DNA of 64,000 nt from Thermoplasmata archaeon. Its GTDB lineage: Archaea; Thermoplasmatota; Thermoplasmata; Thermoplasmatales; GCA-001856825. Under the pieces are notes generated by a model, which saw only the letters and a program-made list of their open reading frames with translations, was not told where the DNA came from and made no database searches. Shown here one piece after another: positions 51,612 to 61,584 of the stretch. Within the stretch, counting starts at the first letter, position 1. Each line of letters opens with the position of its first letter. Position numbers and translations under genes: made by a program. Location: the NCBI GenBank assembly GCA_021792255.1, contig JAJYUZ010000004.1, forward strand, positions 32,001 to 96,000, given 5' to 3'.

Positions 51612-54600
51612 ATGATAATAAGAGGTAATAATGAGTACAATCTGGAACAATATCTGGATCCGTTGGTCCTGGAATGGTTCACATCCAAGTACAACAACGC
51701 AACAACGGCTCAGAGAATTGGGATTCCTCTTATTCATCAAAGAAAGAACGTCCTGATTTCTTCTCCGACTGGAACAGGAAAGACTCTTTCTGGCTTTTTG
51801 GTAATCATAAATGAGTTGTTCCTTCTCGCCAAACAGAACAAACTTGAAGACAAGATATATTGTGCATATGTCTCGCCATTGAAGGCACTTGCAAACGATA
51901 TTCACAGGAACCTTGAAGTCCCGCTGGAGGAAATCAGGGAACTGGCAGAGGTCAAGGGAATTCACATTCCAAAGATCAGAGTGGGAGTAAGGTCTGGAGA
52001 CACTAGCCAATATGTCAGGCAAAAGATGAATAAAACGCCGCCGCACATCTTCATCACGACTCCAGAGTCACTGGCCCTCGCTCTCTTCTCACCAAAATTC
52101 AAAGAGAAATTCAGAGGGGTGGAATTCCTCATTGTCGACGAGATCCACGATCTTGCCTCAAATAAGAGAGGAGAACTACTCAGCCTGATCATCGAATTTC
52201 TTCAGCACGGCAGGGGTACAATCACCAGAATAGGTTTATCCGCAACGACTGAACCCATCGATGAATTAGCAAAATTCCTGGTCGGAAACGTCGACAACGT
52301 GGATGTGCACATTGTCGAAGCAGAATCGAACAAGAACCTCGATATGAAAGTGATATGCCCGGTCTCTGACCTGTTTTCGGCTCCCCAGGAACAGATAAAT
52401 GAGAGGACCTATGACATAATCGAGTCGATGGTCAAAGAACACACCACGACTCTCGTGTTCACAAACACAAGAAGTGGTGCGGAAAGGGTGTCATCAAAGC
52501 TCATAGAGAGAGGTATTATGGACCTCGAAGCACACCATTCGAGTCTGTCCAAGGAGTCGAGATTCAACGTCGAGGAGAGATTGAAGAAGGGAGAACTCAA
52601 GTGCGCGGTTTCTTCCACTTCTCTTGAGCTTGGTATAGACATCGGGAGCATAGATTTGGTAGTCCAGGTCGGCTCCCCAAAGGGCATCGCAAAGGGGCTT
52701 CAGAGAGTTGGCAGATCGGGGCACTCCGTCTTCGCCACAGCGAAAGGACGTATCATTCCAATGGACATCGACGACCTTGTCGAATCACTCGTCCTAGTGA
52801 AAGCTGCTAAGGCTAAGAGGCTAGATCGATTGACGATACCCAGGAACTCTCTCGACGTCCTGAGCCAGTTCATAGCAGGAATCTCACTGGAAAAGAAGTG
52901 GAGAGATGAGGAAGCTCTCCAGCTCGTGAGGAAGACATACTGCTACAAAGATCTCAAAGAAGAGGATTTCTTGAACGTCCTCAACTATCTCTCGGGAGGC
53001 TTCGAGGAAGGGAACGTTTACTCCAAAATCTGGTGGGACAGGAAGGAACACACCTTTGGAAGGAAAAAGAGCACCAGACTGATATATTTCACGAACGCCG
53101 GCACCATCCCAGAAGAAGCAGACTACGATGCATACTCAGTAGACAACAGGCACCTCGGTGCACTGTCGGAAAAGTTCGTCGAAAAACTGCATAGGGGAGA
53201 CATATTCGTTCTTGGTGCAAGGACGTACGAGTTCCTAAGAATGAGAGGGAACAAGGTGTTCATCAAGGATGCATCTGGTAGAAAACCGACAGTCCCATCC
53301 TGGGTAGGAGAAATGCTTCCTAGGACGTTTGACTTATCAATAGAGATCGGAAAATTCCGGAAGGCACTGGAAGAGAGAATGAAAAATGGGATTGCAGAAG
53401 ACTTCCTCAAAAATGAGTACGCAGCCGACGAGAACAGTGTGAGAAGCGTCATTTCCTACATCACCAACCAGATGGATTATGGAGTGCCTACAAACGACAG
53501 TCTTCTGATAGAGGGCTACATAGACAAGGCGGGCCAATTCTCGATCATATTCCACTTCGCTTTCGGCAGAAGGGTCAACGATGCACTAAGTAGAATTATA
53601 GCATTCAACATCTCAAAGAACTTCTCAGTCAACTCAAGAATATCCCTGACCGACGATGGTTTCATGCTCACTTTCAACAGGCGAGTGGAAGTAGCCAAGA
53701 TTAATGAATTGCTACCAACGATAACGATTGGAGGATCGCTCAGAAGTGCGGTCAAATCGACCGAACTTTTCAAGCAGAGATTTAGACACTGCGCCACTCG
53801 CTCATTTATGGTACTAAGAAGATACAGAGGCAGAGAAGTATCGGTTGCGCGACAACAGCTCAGGAGCGAGAGAGTTCTCGACATACTTTTCTCTATGGAG
53901 AATTTCCCGATAATCGAAGAAACGTTCAGGGAGATTGAGGGGATCGTTATGGACCTTGATAATTCGGGGAAAATAATGACTTCCATCAGAAATGGGGAGA
54001 TAAAGATATTCTCAAGGGACTACACGAGATATCCGAGTCCATTTGGTTTCGGAATCATATCGACCGGGATCACTGACGTAGTTCTCATGGAGGACAAGAG
54101 TGCAATCATCAGGGAACTGCAGGAAGCACTTCTTGCCAAGATGGGCTTGGAGAGCAGTTCAGAAGTAGACATAGAATCACTAATGAATTATCAGGAATCA
54201 AAACAGCTCTTGGACTCGGACGGAGGACTACTTGGTTTCCTCGGCAATGCAGGGTTTGCCGATCTCTACTCGACGGTGTCGTTCTCGCCTCTTAAGAAGG
54301 TTGACGACCCTGAAGAATACTACAGCAAGCTTTCCGAACACCTATCCACTGGAGAAATAGTTCCGGTGTTCACCGGAAAGACGGTGTATACACTGAAAGA
54401 GAACGTTCCCTACCTGGCATCAGTGTTCATACAGGAGAGCGACAGCAAAATCAATTTCAAGGACGGCGAGAGCACAAACGCGATTGCGAAGAACAACAAC
54501 CTGGATCCAGAGTCGACTCTGTTAATTCTCAGAAAGATGGAAAGGGCGTACAAAGCATTCATCCTGAGACACGGAACGAGGGTAAAATGGTACAACAGAA

Positions 54601-56708
54601 CGGTCGAGAAAGCGAATCGAGGGGAATCGGCAGAAAAAGTAGTCCAGTGGCTACTCTGGCAGAATGGTCCCCTGACGTTCAATGAGATTGTCGATAGAAC
54701 GGGGCAGATGAACGAGCTTGAGGAAGCAATAGAGAACCTTACTGCTAAGAAGATAATAGTATCTGGTAGATTTTTCCCGAAGAGGGACAGACAGTACATA
54801 CTCTCCGATGACCTCAAGAAGCTGAGATCTAGTGACGAAGTCGAAATCGGAAGAATAAGGTTGAACAGAGCTCTCGAGAAAAAAGGAGACAGCTATTTCG
54901 ACAAATACCTAGTCGCAAGCAACGTGAATTCCCTCCTTGTCAGGGGATACGCCGATCAAGAAATAAATTCAAAGCGGATAGTTTACGGTCACTTTGCGGG
55001 TTCAATCAGGGGGTACTTCGATGAAAGGTATCTTCCACAATTTATCTCCCTGAACAGGGTAGAGGAGCTGAGCAAGGACGAAAAGGAGACAATCGATCTA
55101 GTTAAAAAAGGAAAGTATGGGATGGAAGACATAGAGGAGAAGACACTGGAGAAATTGGTCAAAGAGAACTATATAGTCTCAAAAGACGGAAGATCGATAG
55201 CTGTAAACGTGGGGCCAGCGGAACCAAAAGAGGTGCTGGAAAAATTTGTCGACACGTACGGACCCATAAGCATCGAGGAAATGGTGCAGACATTTGGAGT
55301 AACTGTCAGGAAATATATTGGAAAACTTGACGTCAAAAAGATGGTGAGCGGGCACTCCACGTACCTCTACTCCAATCTGGCTTTCACCAAGCAGAAGGGG
55401 GTCATAAGCAGAAAGGACCCTCTGTTTTTAATAAACAAGGAAAGGATAGAAGCGGAGACTGGAGAGGGAATGACTTACTTCCTTCTGGAAGATGGAGCCA
55501 TCAAACTGGGGATCGAAACCGCCACGGAGAATGGTATACTTGAGATATTCGAAATTACCGGAGATTATGCCAGCAATTTCGATCAGGTGATGGAAGTAGT
55601 GAACGAGATTTCAAACCGTGAAAAGTTTGATTCTCTCGTGATAAGAAAGATTAGCTTTCCGATTCCAGACAAAGAGAGGATGGATAAAATAGGTTACTCG
55701 ATGATAAGGAATTTCATGGTCAAAGGAACCACAGTTGAAGACTTTTCTCTTGAAGAGGAACAAATGATCCACTACCTTGTCAAGAAGCATCACCTATCAA
55801 ACGGATATAAGCACCCTGATCCAGTGATCGCACTCGGCTCAATCCTGGGATACAAGGGCAACTTTGAACTGATGATGAAGTGCGAAAGGAGCATTGATCT
55901 GGACAAACTGGTGATGAGCAATTTGGCAGTACAGGGGTACCTGATCGATGGTTCGCAGGGGTATCTGAGTAAAGAGAATGTTTCCCTTCTGGCTTCTGTG
56001 AAATACAATTCCCTCAGCGATAATGCAAAGAAGCTCTACGAGATAGTAAAGAAGATGCCGGCGCTCTCGAGAGAGGCGATAGTGGAGCATTCTTGCTTTA
56101 CCATCAACCAGACGCTGAATTATATCAACGAAATGATGAAAAAAAGCATCATTTACAAAGACAATAAGGGAAGATATCGTCTTACCCTCCTACAAAACAA
56201 CAGTGAAGATGCAATGGACAGAGTCACGAGAGAGCTTGGTATTTTCAACGGCAGAATTCTTTCCTCCATACTGGGGCACTCGATAAACGGGAGCTTCATC
56301 TCGGGCTATCTTTCGAGGGGTATGGAGCAAAGCAAATTCCAAAGAATTCTCCCCCTGAAGTCGAGGGACGAGATAATGTACTGCTGGAAAAACGAGACGT
56401 TCTCACCGCCCACGGGGAGTGAGGACGTGGTACTCTTACCAAGAACGCTTGCAATGGAACACGTCTCCTTGATACTTGGATGGAAACCGCAAGGGAAAAT
56501 GGTGCTCCTGAGGGATGGTTACGACCCGATATTCTTCAAGGGAAAGAGATCAGGAAACAAGCTTTCGATAACCACGGAACTGAGGGATGAGACCAAGAAG
56601 AGGATATCGAAGTATTTACAGGCAATTAACATTAAACTCGAGAAACCCGAGAACGACGAAGTCACAGAAAAATGGTACGAACAGATGATTCCGAAGAAAT
56701 ACAAGTGA
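51612..56708 (+). CDS. lhr: Lhr-family SF2 helicase, long form with C-terminal winged-helix repeats
   Basis: SPTGTGKT, SPLKALANDI, TTPES, DEIH, SAT, SLELGIDIG, QRVGRSGH, GTIP, HFAFGRRVN, then about 800 extra residues. Confidence 0.93.
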   Translation: MIIRGNNEYNLEQYLDPLVLEWFTSKYNNATTAQRIGIPLIHQRKNVLISSPTGTGKTLSGFLVIINELFLLAKQNKLEDKIYCAYVSPLKALANDIHRNLEVPLEEIRELAEVKGIHIPKIRVGVRSGDTSQYVRQKMNKTPPHIFITTPESLALALFSPKFKEKFRGVEFLIVDEIHDLASNKRGELLSLIIEFLQHGRGTITRIGLSATTEPIDELAKFLVGNVDNVDVHIVEAESNKNLDMKVICPVSDLFSAPQEQINERTYDIIESMVKEHTTTLVFTNTRSGAERVSSKLIERGIMDLEAHHSSLSKESRFNVEERLKKGELKCAVSSTSLELGIDIGSIDLVVQVGSPKGIAKGLQRVGRSGHSVFATAKGRIIPMDIDDLVESLVLVKAAKAKRLDRLTIPRNSLDVLSQFIAGISLEKKWRDEEALQLVRKTYCYKDLKEEDFLNVLNYLSGGFEEGNVYSKIWWDRKEHTFGRKKSTRLIYFTNAGTIPEEADYDAYSVDNRHLGALSEKFVEKLHRGDIFVLGARTYEFLRMRGNKVFIKDASGRKPTVPSWVGEMLPRTFDLSIEIGKFRKALEERMKNGIAEDFLKNEYAADENSVRSVISYITNQMDYGVPTNDSLLIEGYIDKAGQFSIIFHFAFGRRVNDALSRIIAFNISKNFSVNSRISLTDDGFMLTFNRRVEVAKINELLPTITIGGSLRSAVKSTELFKQRFRHCATRSFMVLRRYRGREVSVARQQLRSERVLDILFSMENFPIIEETFREIEGIVMDLDNSGKIMTSIRNGEIKIFSRDYTRYPSPFGFGIISTGITDVVLMEDKSAIIRELQEALLAKMGLESSSEVDIESLMNYQESKQLLDSDGGLLGFLGNAGFADLYSTVSFSPLKKVDDPEEYYSKLSEHLSTGEIVPVFTGKTVYTLKENVPYLASVFIQESDSKINFKDGESTNAIAKNNNLDPESTLLILRKMERAYKAFILRHGTRVKWYNRTVEKANRGESAEKVVQWLLWQNGPLTFNEIVDRTGQMNELEEAIENLTAKKIIVSGRFFPKRDRQYILSDDLKKLRSSDEVEIGRIRLNRALEKKGDSYFDKYLVASNVNSLLVRGYADQEINSKRIVYGHFAGSIRGYFDERYLPQFISLNRVEELSKDEKETIDLVKKGKYGMEDIEEKTLEKLVKENYIVSKDGRSIAVNVGPAEPKEVLEKFVDTYGPISIEEMVQTFGVTVRKYIGKLDVKKMVSGHSTYLYSNLAFTKQKGVISRKDPLFLINKERIEAETGEGMTYFLLEDGAIKLGIETATENGILEIFEITGDYASNFDQVMEVVNEISNREKFDSLVIRKISFPIPDKERMDKIGYSMIRNFMVKGTTVEDFSLEEEQMIHYLVKKHHLSNGYKHPDPVIALGSILGYKGNFELMMKCERSIDLDKLVMSNLAVQGYLIDGSQGYLSKENVSLLASVKYNSLSDNAKKLYEIVKKMPALSREAIVEHSCFTINQTLNYINEMMKKSIIYKDNKGRYRLTLLQNNSEDAMDRVTRELGIFNGRILSSILGHSINGSFISGYLSRGMEQSKFQRILPLKSRDEIMYCWKNETFSPPTGSEDVVLLPRTLAMEHVSLILGWKPQGKMVLLRDGYDPIFFKGKRSGNKLSITTELRDETKKRISKYLQAINIKLEKPENDEVTEKWYEQMIPKKYK

Positions 56709-56773
56709 CCTGCTTTGTCGTTTTTCGAAAAATCTGTCGTTTTATTTCCAATTTAACGACAAAGTCCGGGCGA

Positions 56774-56893
56774 TCAGAGAACCAGCTGTTTCTCCGATGC
56801 TTCCTTCTTTTGCCTCTTGATGAACTCTTCCAGTCTCTCTCTTGTATCGTCGTCAAAACCGACGATCATTCCCGTAAGCGCAGCCGCTCCTCC
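56774..56893 (-). pseudogene. C-terminal remnant of a purE paralog
   Basis: GGAAALTGMIVGFDDDTRERLEEFIKRQKKEASEKQLVL* aligns by eye to the PurE C-terminus (cf. [24 protein letters not shown] in the intact copy). Confidence 0.55.
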
Positions 56894-57107
56894 TTAAGTT
56901 TATAGTATTCCTTCCAGAGCTCATCGATAATCTCCTGATCCTTTGGTGTTTCTGCAAGGAGTTCAAACATCTTGCAGATATTATGAACAGCTTATATTCA
57001 TGATTTACTGTGATCAAACCCAATAATGCATCATAATCAGGCACACTTCACTGACCTGTAAATCAGAATAAAAGGTGTTAAGTATGGATTTGGCATTTAG
57101 CTGTAGT

Positions 57108-57578
57108 ATGCCCGTAATCTCAATAATAATGGGCAGCAAGAATGACTGGGAGCATATGAAAGAATGTGTAACCGTCTTAGAAGAATTCAATCTGGATTAT
57201 GAAAAAAGAGTGGTATCTGCTCATAGAACTCCTGATTTCATGAAAGAATTCGCTGAAAATGCCGCTAAACGTGGTGTTAAGATAATAATCGCGGGGGCAG
57301 GTGGTGCGGCCCATCTACCCGGCATGACAGCTTCATTCACGACCCTCCCGGTTATTGGTGTCCCCATTGCGTCAAAGAATCTGAACGGTCTTGATTCACT
57401 TTTATCTATTGTTCAGATGCCATTTGGAATACCGGTTGCCACAGTGGCAATTGGGGGTGTAAAGAATGCTGTCCTTCTGGCTGTAAGAATACTATCCCTA
57501 GAGAATGATGACCTTAGACTTAAATTGGAAAAGTTTATGGGCGATATGAAAAATGACGTTCTCTCGGCTACCATCTGA
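57108..57578 (+). CDS. purE: N5-carboxyaminoimidazole ribonucleotide mutase (class I PurE)
   Basis: [38 protein letters not shown]. Confidence 0.97.
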   Translation: MPVISIIMGSKNDWEHMKECVTVLEEFNLDYEKRVVSAHRTPDFMKEFAENAAKRGVKIIIAGAGGAAHLPGMTASFTTLPVIGVPIASKNLNGLDSLLSIVQMPFGIPVATVAIGGVKNAVLLAVRILSLENDDLRLKLEKFMGDMKNDVLSATI

Positions 57579-58638
57579 CCATACTATAGGAATAATTGGA
57601 AGTGGCCAGCTTGGATTGATGATCGTTCTGGAATCTGCTAGACTTGGTGTCAAATTCAATGTATTAGGTAACAAAAGAGATTATGTTTGCAAATTTGCCA
57701 AGTGTTTCGACAACTCTGAGGACACGAAATTCCTAGACGACTCTACCCTCGTCACGTTTGAGTTCGAGCAAGGAAACGAAGAAGCAATGATTAAGGCCTC
57801 AGATGAAGGGAAATTGGTACCGGAGTACAAAAACGTTTGGATGAAAATAGAGAGAGACAGGGAAAAGCAATTTTTGTTTGAAAACGGCTTCCCAGTAGCA
57901 AGGTTTGTTATCGCTCAGAATGGTAAAGAAGCCCTTAAGATTATCAGAGATGAATTCAACTGGAGCGCTGTCATAAAAAAAGTAAGAGGAGGATATAATG
58001 GTAAAGGCCAATATTATATCAGAAATATGAATTATGACCCACAAATTGAGAAAATCAATGAGAAAGTAGTTGTTGAGGAATTCATAGAATTCGATCACGA
58101 ATCCTCTATTATTGTTACGAGAAGTAATAGTGAATTTGTTTCATATCCAGTGTCTCACAACGTCAATAAGGAAGGTATACTTCTTTACAACTATGGCCCC
58201 ATTAGAAGTTATGGAGAAAAGGAGATCGCAAGAAAACTGGCTGATAAATTAAATTACAGGGGTACTATGGGTATAGAATTTTTTGTGAATAACGGAAAGG
58301 CAATCATCAATGAATTTTCTCCGCGGGTACATAACTCTGGTCATTATACAACGAATTCGTCATTCACTTCTCAATTTGAGAATCACATCCGGGGAATTTC
58401 AAATTCCCCACTAGGCGCTACGAATACGTTGAATTATTTCGGGATGATTAACTTGCTAGGTGTTCCATCTATTGATCCATTGGTAGAAAACTATGGAAAT
58501 ATATTCTGGTATAACAAAGAAAATACCGCACCCAGGCGCAAAGTAGGGCACATAAATATTTCCGGGGAATCTATTGATGAGGTAATTAATAAAATTGAAA
58601 TAATTCAAAAAATGATCTTTACACAACGCACTAGTTGA
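57553..58638 (+). CDS. purK: N5-carboxyaminoimidazole ribonucleotide synthase
   Basis: [48 protein letters not shown]. Confidence 0.95.
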   Translation: MTFSRLPSDHTIGIIGSGQLGLMIVLESARLGVKFNVLGNKRDYVCKFAKCFDNSEDTKFLDDSTLVTFEFEQGNEEAMIKASDEGKLVPEYKNVWMKIERDREKQFLFENGFPVARFVIAQNGKEALKIIRDEFNWSAVIKKVRGGYNGKGQYYIRNMNYDPQIEKINEKVVVEEFIEFDHESSIIVTRSNSEFVSYPVSHNVNKEGILLYNYGPIRSYGEKEIARKLADKLNYRGTMGIEFFVNNGKAIINEFSPRVHNSGHYTTNSSFTSQFENHIRGISNSPLGATNTLNYFGMINLLGVPSIDPLVENYGNIFWYNKENTAPRRKVGHINISGESIDEVINKIEIIQKMIFTQRTS

Positions 58639-58816
58639 CCTCTAAGCCTGCCGATCTTACACAATAGATTCAGATTGAGAGCATATTTTACTATGTCTGG
58701 TGACACAAAAGCTTAGGTTCTATCTTATGAATAATCATAAGCATGGATACACATGTTTCTGATACGGGGTTTGAATAAATACAATAGTCAAGAAAAGGGG
58801 ACTGACCTATTACGTA

Positions 58817-58906
58817 TATTCCAAAATCTTTTAGCGGCTTGTTTATTGCTTTCTTCATCGTTTCCAAATCGCTCGTGCTACCCATCACGACTGAAACTTT
58901 TTTCAT
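58817..58906 (-). pseudogene. N-terminal remnant of a purE paralog
   Basis: MKKVSVVMGSTSDLETMKKAINKPLKDFGI matches the PurE N-terminus, then similarity is lost. Confidence 0.8.
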
Positions 58907-59010
58907 TGTGTTCGTTCGGTTAAGCGCTATGTGAATAAATGGCTAATGTGACCGTCACCTTTAGAATAAAAAGACAAAAAATATGAATACGTTATTTCGA
59001 TTTTCACAGG

Positions 59011-59307
59011 ATGGTAACGAAAGAAGAGGTGCTCGAGGTACTGAAGACAGTCAGCGATCCGGAGATAGGCGTGGATATAGTAAATCTGGGTCTGATTTAC
59101 AATCTAGACATCGATAACGATAAAGTCAACCTCAAAATGACTATGACTGCGCCAAGCTGCCCGGTCACAGACTGGATTCTGGTAGAAGCGCAGAAAAGAG
59201 TAGAGGAAATTCCCGGGGTAAAGGAATGCAATATTGAACTCGTCTGGGAACCTCAGTGGAACTTGGACATGATCTCCGACGAAGCACGAAAGATGTTGAA
59301 TATGTAG
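59011..59307 (+). CDS. metal-sulfur cluster assembly factor (DUF59/SufT/PaaD)
   Basis: VSDPEIGVDIVNLGLIY, MTMTAPSCP, LVWEPQW. Confidence 0.93.
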   Translation: MVTKEEVLEVLKTVSDPEIGVDIVNLGLIYNLDIDNDKVNLKMTMTAPSCPVTDWILVEAQKRVEEIPGVKECNIELVWEPQWNLDMISDEARKMLNM

Positions 59308-59483
59308 TAAAACGGAAAGCAAAATTGCCTTCAATCCCCTCATTCTATTGAACAGAGCTTCAAGGGGAGACGGTTCTCTCTTGATTATGCCCAACCTGAA
59401 ATCGGTACGTCTTAACCAGAACTGTTCATTGGTAGAAAAAGGAGATGCCTTCCACTGACGACATCTTCCTTTTTGGCCTTCTC

Positions 59484-60749
59484 TTAATTTCGTCCGAACT
59501 CTTTTGTAACTACCTTTATGTCCGCTGGTCTCTTGGCGATGTGACCCAGTTTTATACCATAAATCTCTCTGATACCATTCGTATAAGCTGTGTCAAGAAG
59601 TCTCTGGGAAACTATACCGCCCGTTACTATCCTAGAGTATTTCTTGTCGACTGTGTTGAATTTCTCTATGACTTCATTCAGTGGTAATTTGCCGATCAGT
59701 TCCCATGCATCATCATAGAAACGGACTTCTTTGCCTTGTGAAGCCTCTTCCAAAATTTTCATATAGGCCTTCACGCCCTGGGCCTTCTGTCCGTTTTCAC
59801 CAGCTGGTGCTGGTGCGTTCTGACGTGCTTCGGCATTCGCTACTACCAGGGCTGGCTCTTCCTCCCTCTTGCGAGGGGCAGATTCGCTTTTCAAATTTAG
59901 CGTCTTGAGTTCCTCTTGCATCCCGTGTGATGCTAGATATTGATCAAGGGGAGACTTGTCTCTGAGAGCTTTTACGACCTGTTTGTACGTAAGTTCCTCG
60001 ACTTCGAAACCGCTTGGAGCTCTTGCCACGAAGTCAAGATCAGCCACCTGCAGGAGTTCCTTAAGGATTAAGTCTCCTCCCCTGTCGCCATCTAAGAAAG
60101 CCGTCGAAGTCTTCTGTTTTGTAAGTTCAGTAATAGTCTTGGAAATGTTCGTTCCCTCTACCGCTATGGTGTTTTTAATCCCAAATTTCAGTAGATTAAG
60201 AACGTCGTTTCTTCCTTCTACTACGATTATCGATTCGCTCGAGTTGAGGTTTGGACCACCTGGCAACTTATCAGAACCATATGCAGCTATTTCGGCGTTT
60301 TCTACCTTGCTTCTGACGGTCTGAACCAAGTCCTCTCCCAGATTCTTGTTGTTTAACAACATTTTTTCAAGGATTTCCTTGGCTCTCTCTATGACCTTTT
60401 CCCTCTTCGCTACCCTGACATCTTCTACACTGAGAACATCAACCTTTGCCTTGCAGGGACCAATTCTATCTATCGTCTCAAGGCTGGCAGCAACAATGCT
60501 TGTCTCGACCTGATCGACTCCAGATGGAATGTATACGGTTCCTTCGGATTTACCGTTCTTGGATTCTATGTCTACTTCTATTCTTCCTATTTTTCCCGAT
60601 TTTTGCAGATCTCGTAAGTCTAGTTCGTCACCAAGCAGACCCTCCGTCTGGCCAAAAATAGCTCCCACCACATCGGGCTTTTCTACTATCCCGTCGGTGA
60701 CTATCTTTACCTTCATGAGATACTTGGTGATATTTGGATCTATATTCAC
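59484..60749 (-). CDS. dnaG: archaeal DnaG (exosome-associated TOPRIM protein)
   Basis: VEKPDVVGAIFGQTEGLLG, IVVEGRNDV, FLDGDRGG. Confidence 0.96.
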   Translation of the reverse strand: MNIDPNITKYLMKVKIVTDGIVEKPDVVGAIFGQTEGLLGDELDLRDLQKSGKIGRIEVDIESKNGKSEGTVYIPSGVDQVETSIVAASLETIDRIGPCKAKVDVLSVEDVRVAKREKVIERAKEILEKMLLNNKNLGEDLVQTVRSKVENAEIAAYGSDKLPGGPNLNSSESIIVVEGRNDVLNLLKFGIKNTIAVEGTNISKTITELTKQKTSTAFLDGDRGGDLILKELLQVADLDFVARAPSGFEVEELTYKQVVKALRDKSPLDQYLASHGMQEELKTLNLKSESAPRKREEEPALVVANAEARQNAPAPAGENGQKAQGVKAYMKILEEASQGKEVRFYDDAWELIGKLPLNEVIEKFNTVDKKYSRIVTGGIVSQRLLDTAYTNGIREIYGIKLGHIAKRPADIKVVTKEFGRN

Positions 60750-60918
60750 TTTTTATCACCTCTATGTTACTGTGAAAGTAATATTTTGAAACCCTCACGT
60801 CTGGATTAATAAAGAGTGAAATATAATGTTATCGTTATCAAAACCATTAATTTTCCGAGCTAAGAAAGATTAAATAAAGCAAGAGCATAGTCCAGTAAGT
60901 TTTGAAAGGGTGCTAATT

Positions 60919-61542
60919 ATGGAAGAACTTAAAACTGGTACTACGACATTGGCGATGATAGTAAAGGGCGGAATAGTAATTGCCGCGGACAGAAGGGTCA
61001 CAGCTGGTTACATGGTTGCCCACAAGGTCGGGAAGAAGGTCTATAAGATAGATGATTACATTGGTATGACCACAGCAGGACTTGTAGGTGATCTGCAGAC
61101 TTTAGTTCGATATCTAAAAGCCGAAGCAGAACTGTACAAGTTCAAGAAAGGAACGAGAATAACCGTTTCTGGGCTATCGACCCTGCTCGCAAACATGCTA
61201 AATCAGACGAAATTTGCTCCATTCTATGTGCAGGTGATAGTAGCTGGCTACGATACGAATCCTCACGTATTTTCGATAGACGAGGCCGGTGGATCGGTCG
61301 AAGACAAGTACGTAAGCACCGGTTCAGGTTCGCCATTCGTCTATGGAGTCCTGGAGGACGGTTATAAGGAAAATCTAAGCAAGGATGAAGGAATAGACCT
61401 TGCAATAAGGGCAATCTCAACTTCTTTGCAGAGAGACGCTGCTACCGGGAATGGCATAGACATTGTTACTATAACTCCTGAAGAGGGATACAAGGAGTTA
61501 TCCGAAGAGGATGTTCAAAAGAGAATAAAGAAGCTTAAATAG
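60919..61542 (+). CDS. psmB: proteasome subunit beta
   Basis: Propeptide MEELKTG/TTT, AADRR, AGLVGD, TGSGSP, RDAATG. Confidence 0.97.
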   Translation: MEELKTGTTTLAMIVKGGIVIAADRRVTAGYMVAHKVGKKVYKIDDYIGMTTAGLVGDLQTLVRYLKAEAELYKFKKGTRITVSGLSTLLANMLNQTKFAPFYVQVIVAGYDTNPHVFSIDEAGGSVEDKYVSTGSGSPFVYGVLEDGYKENLSKDEGIDLAIRAISTSLQRDAATGNGIDIVTITPEEGYKELSEEDVQKRIKKLK

Positions 61543-61584
61543 TTATAATTTTTATTATTTTTGATTTTAAAGAAGGAATTTTTA

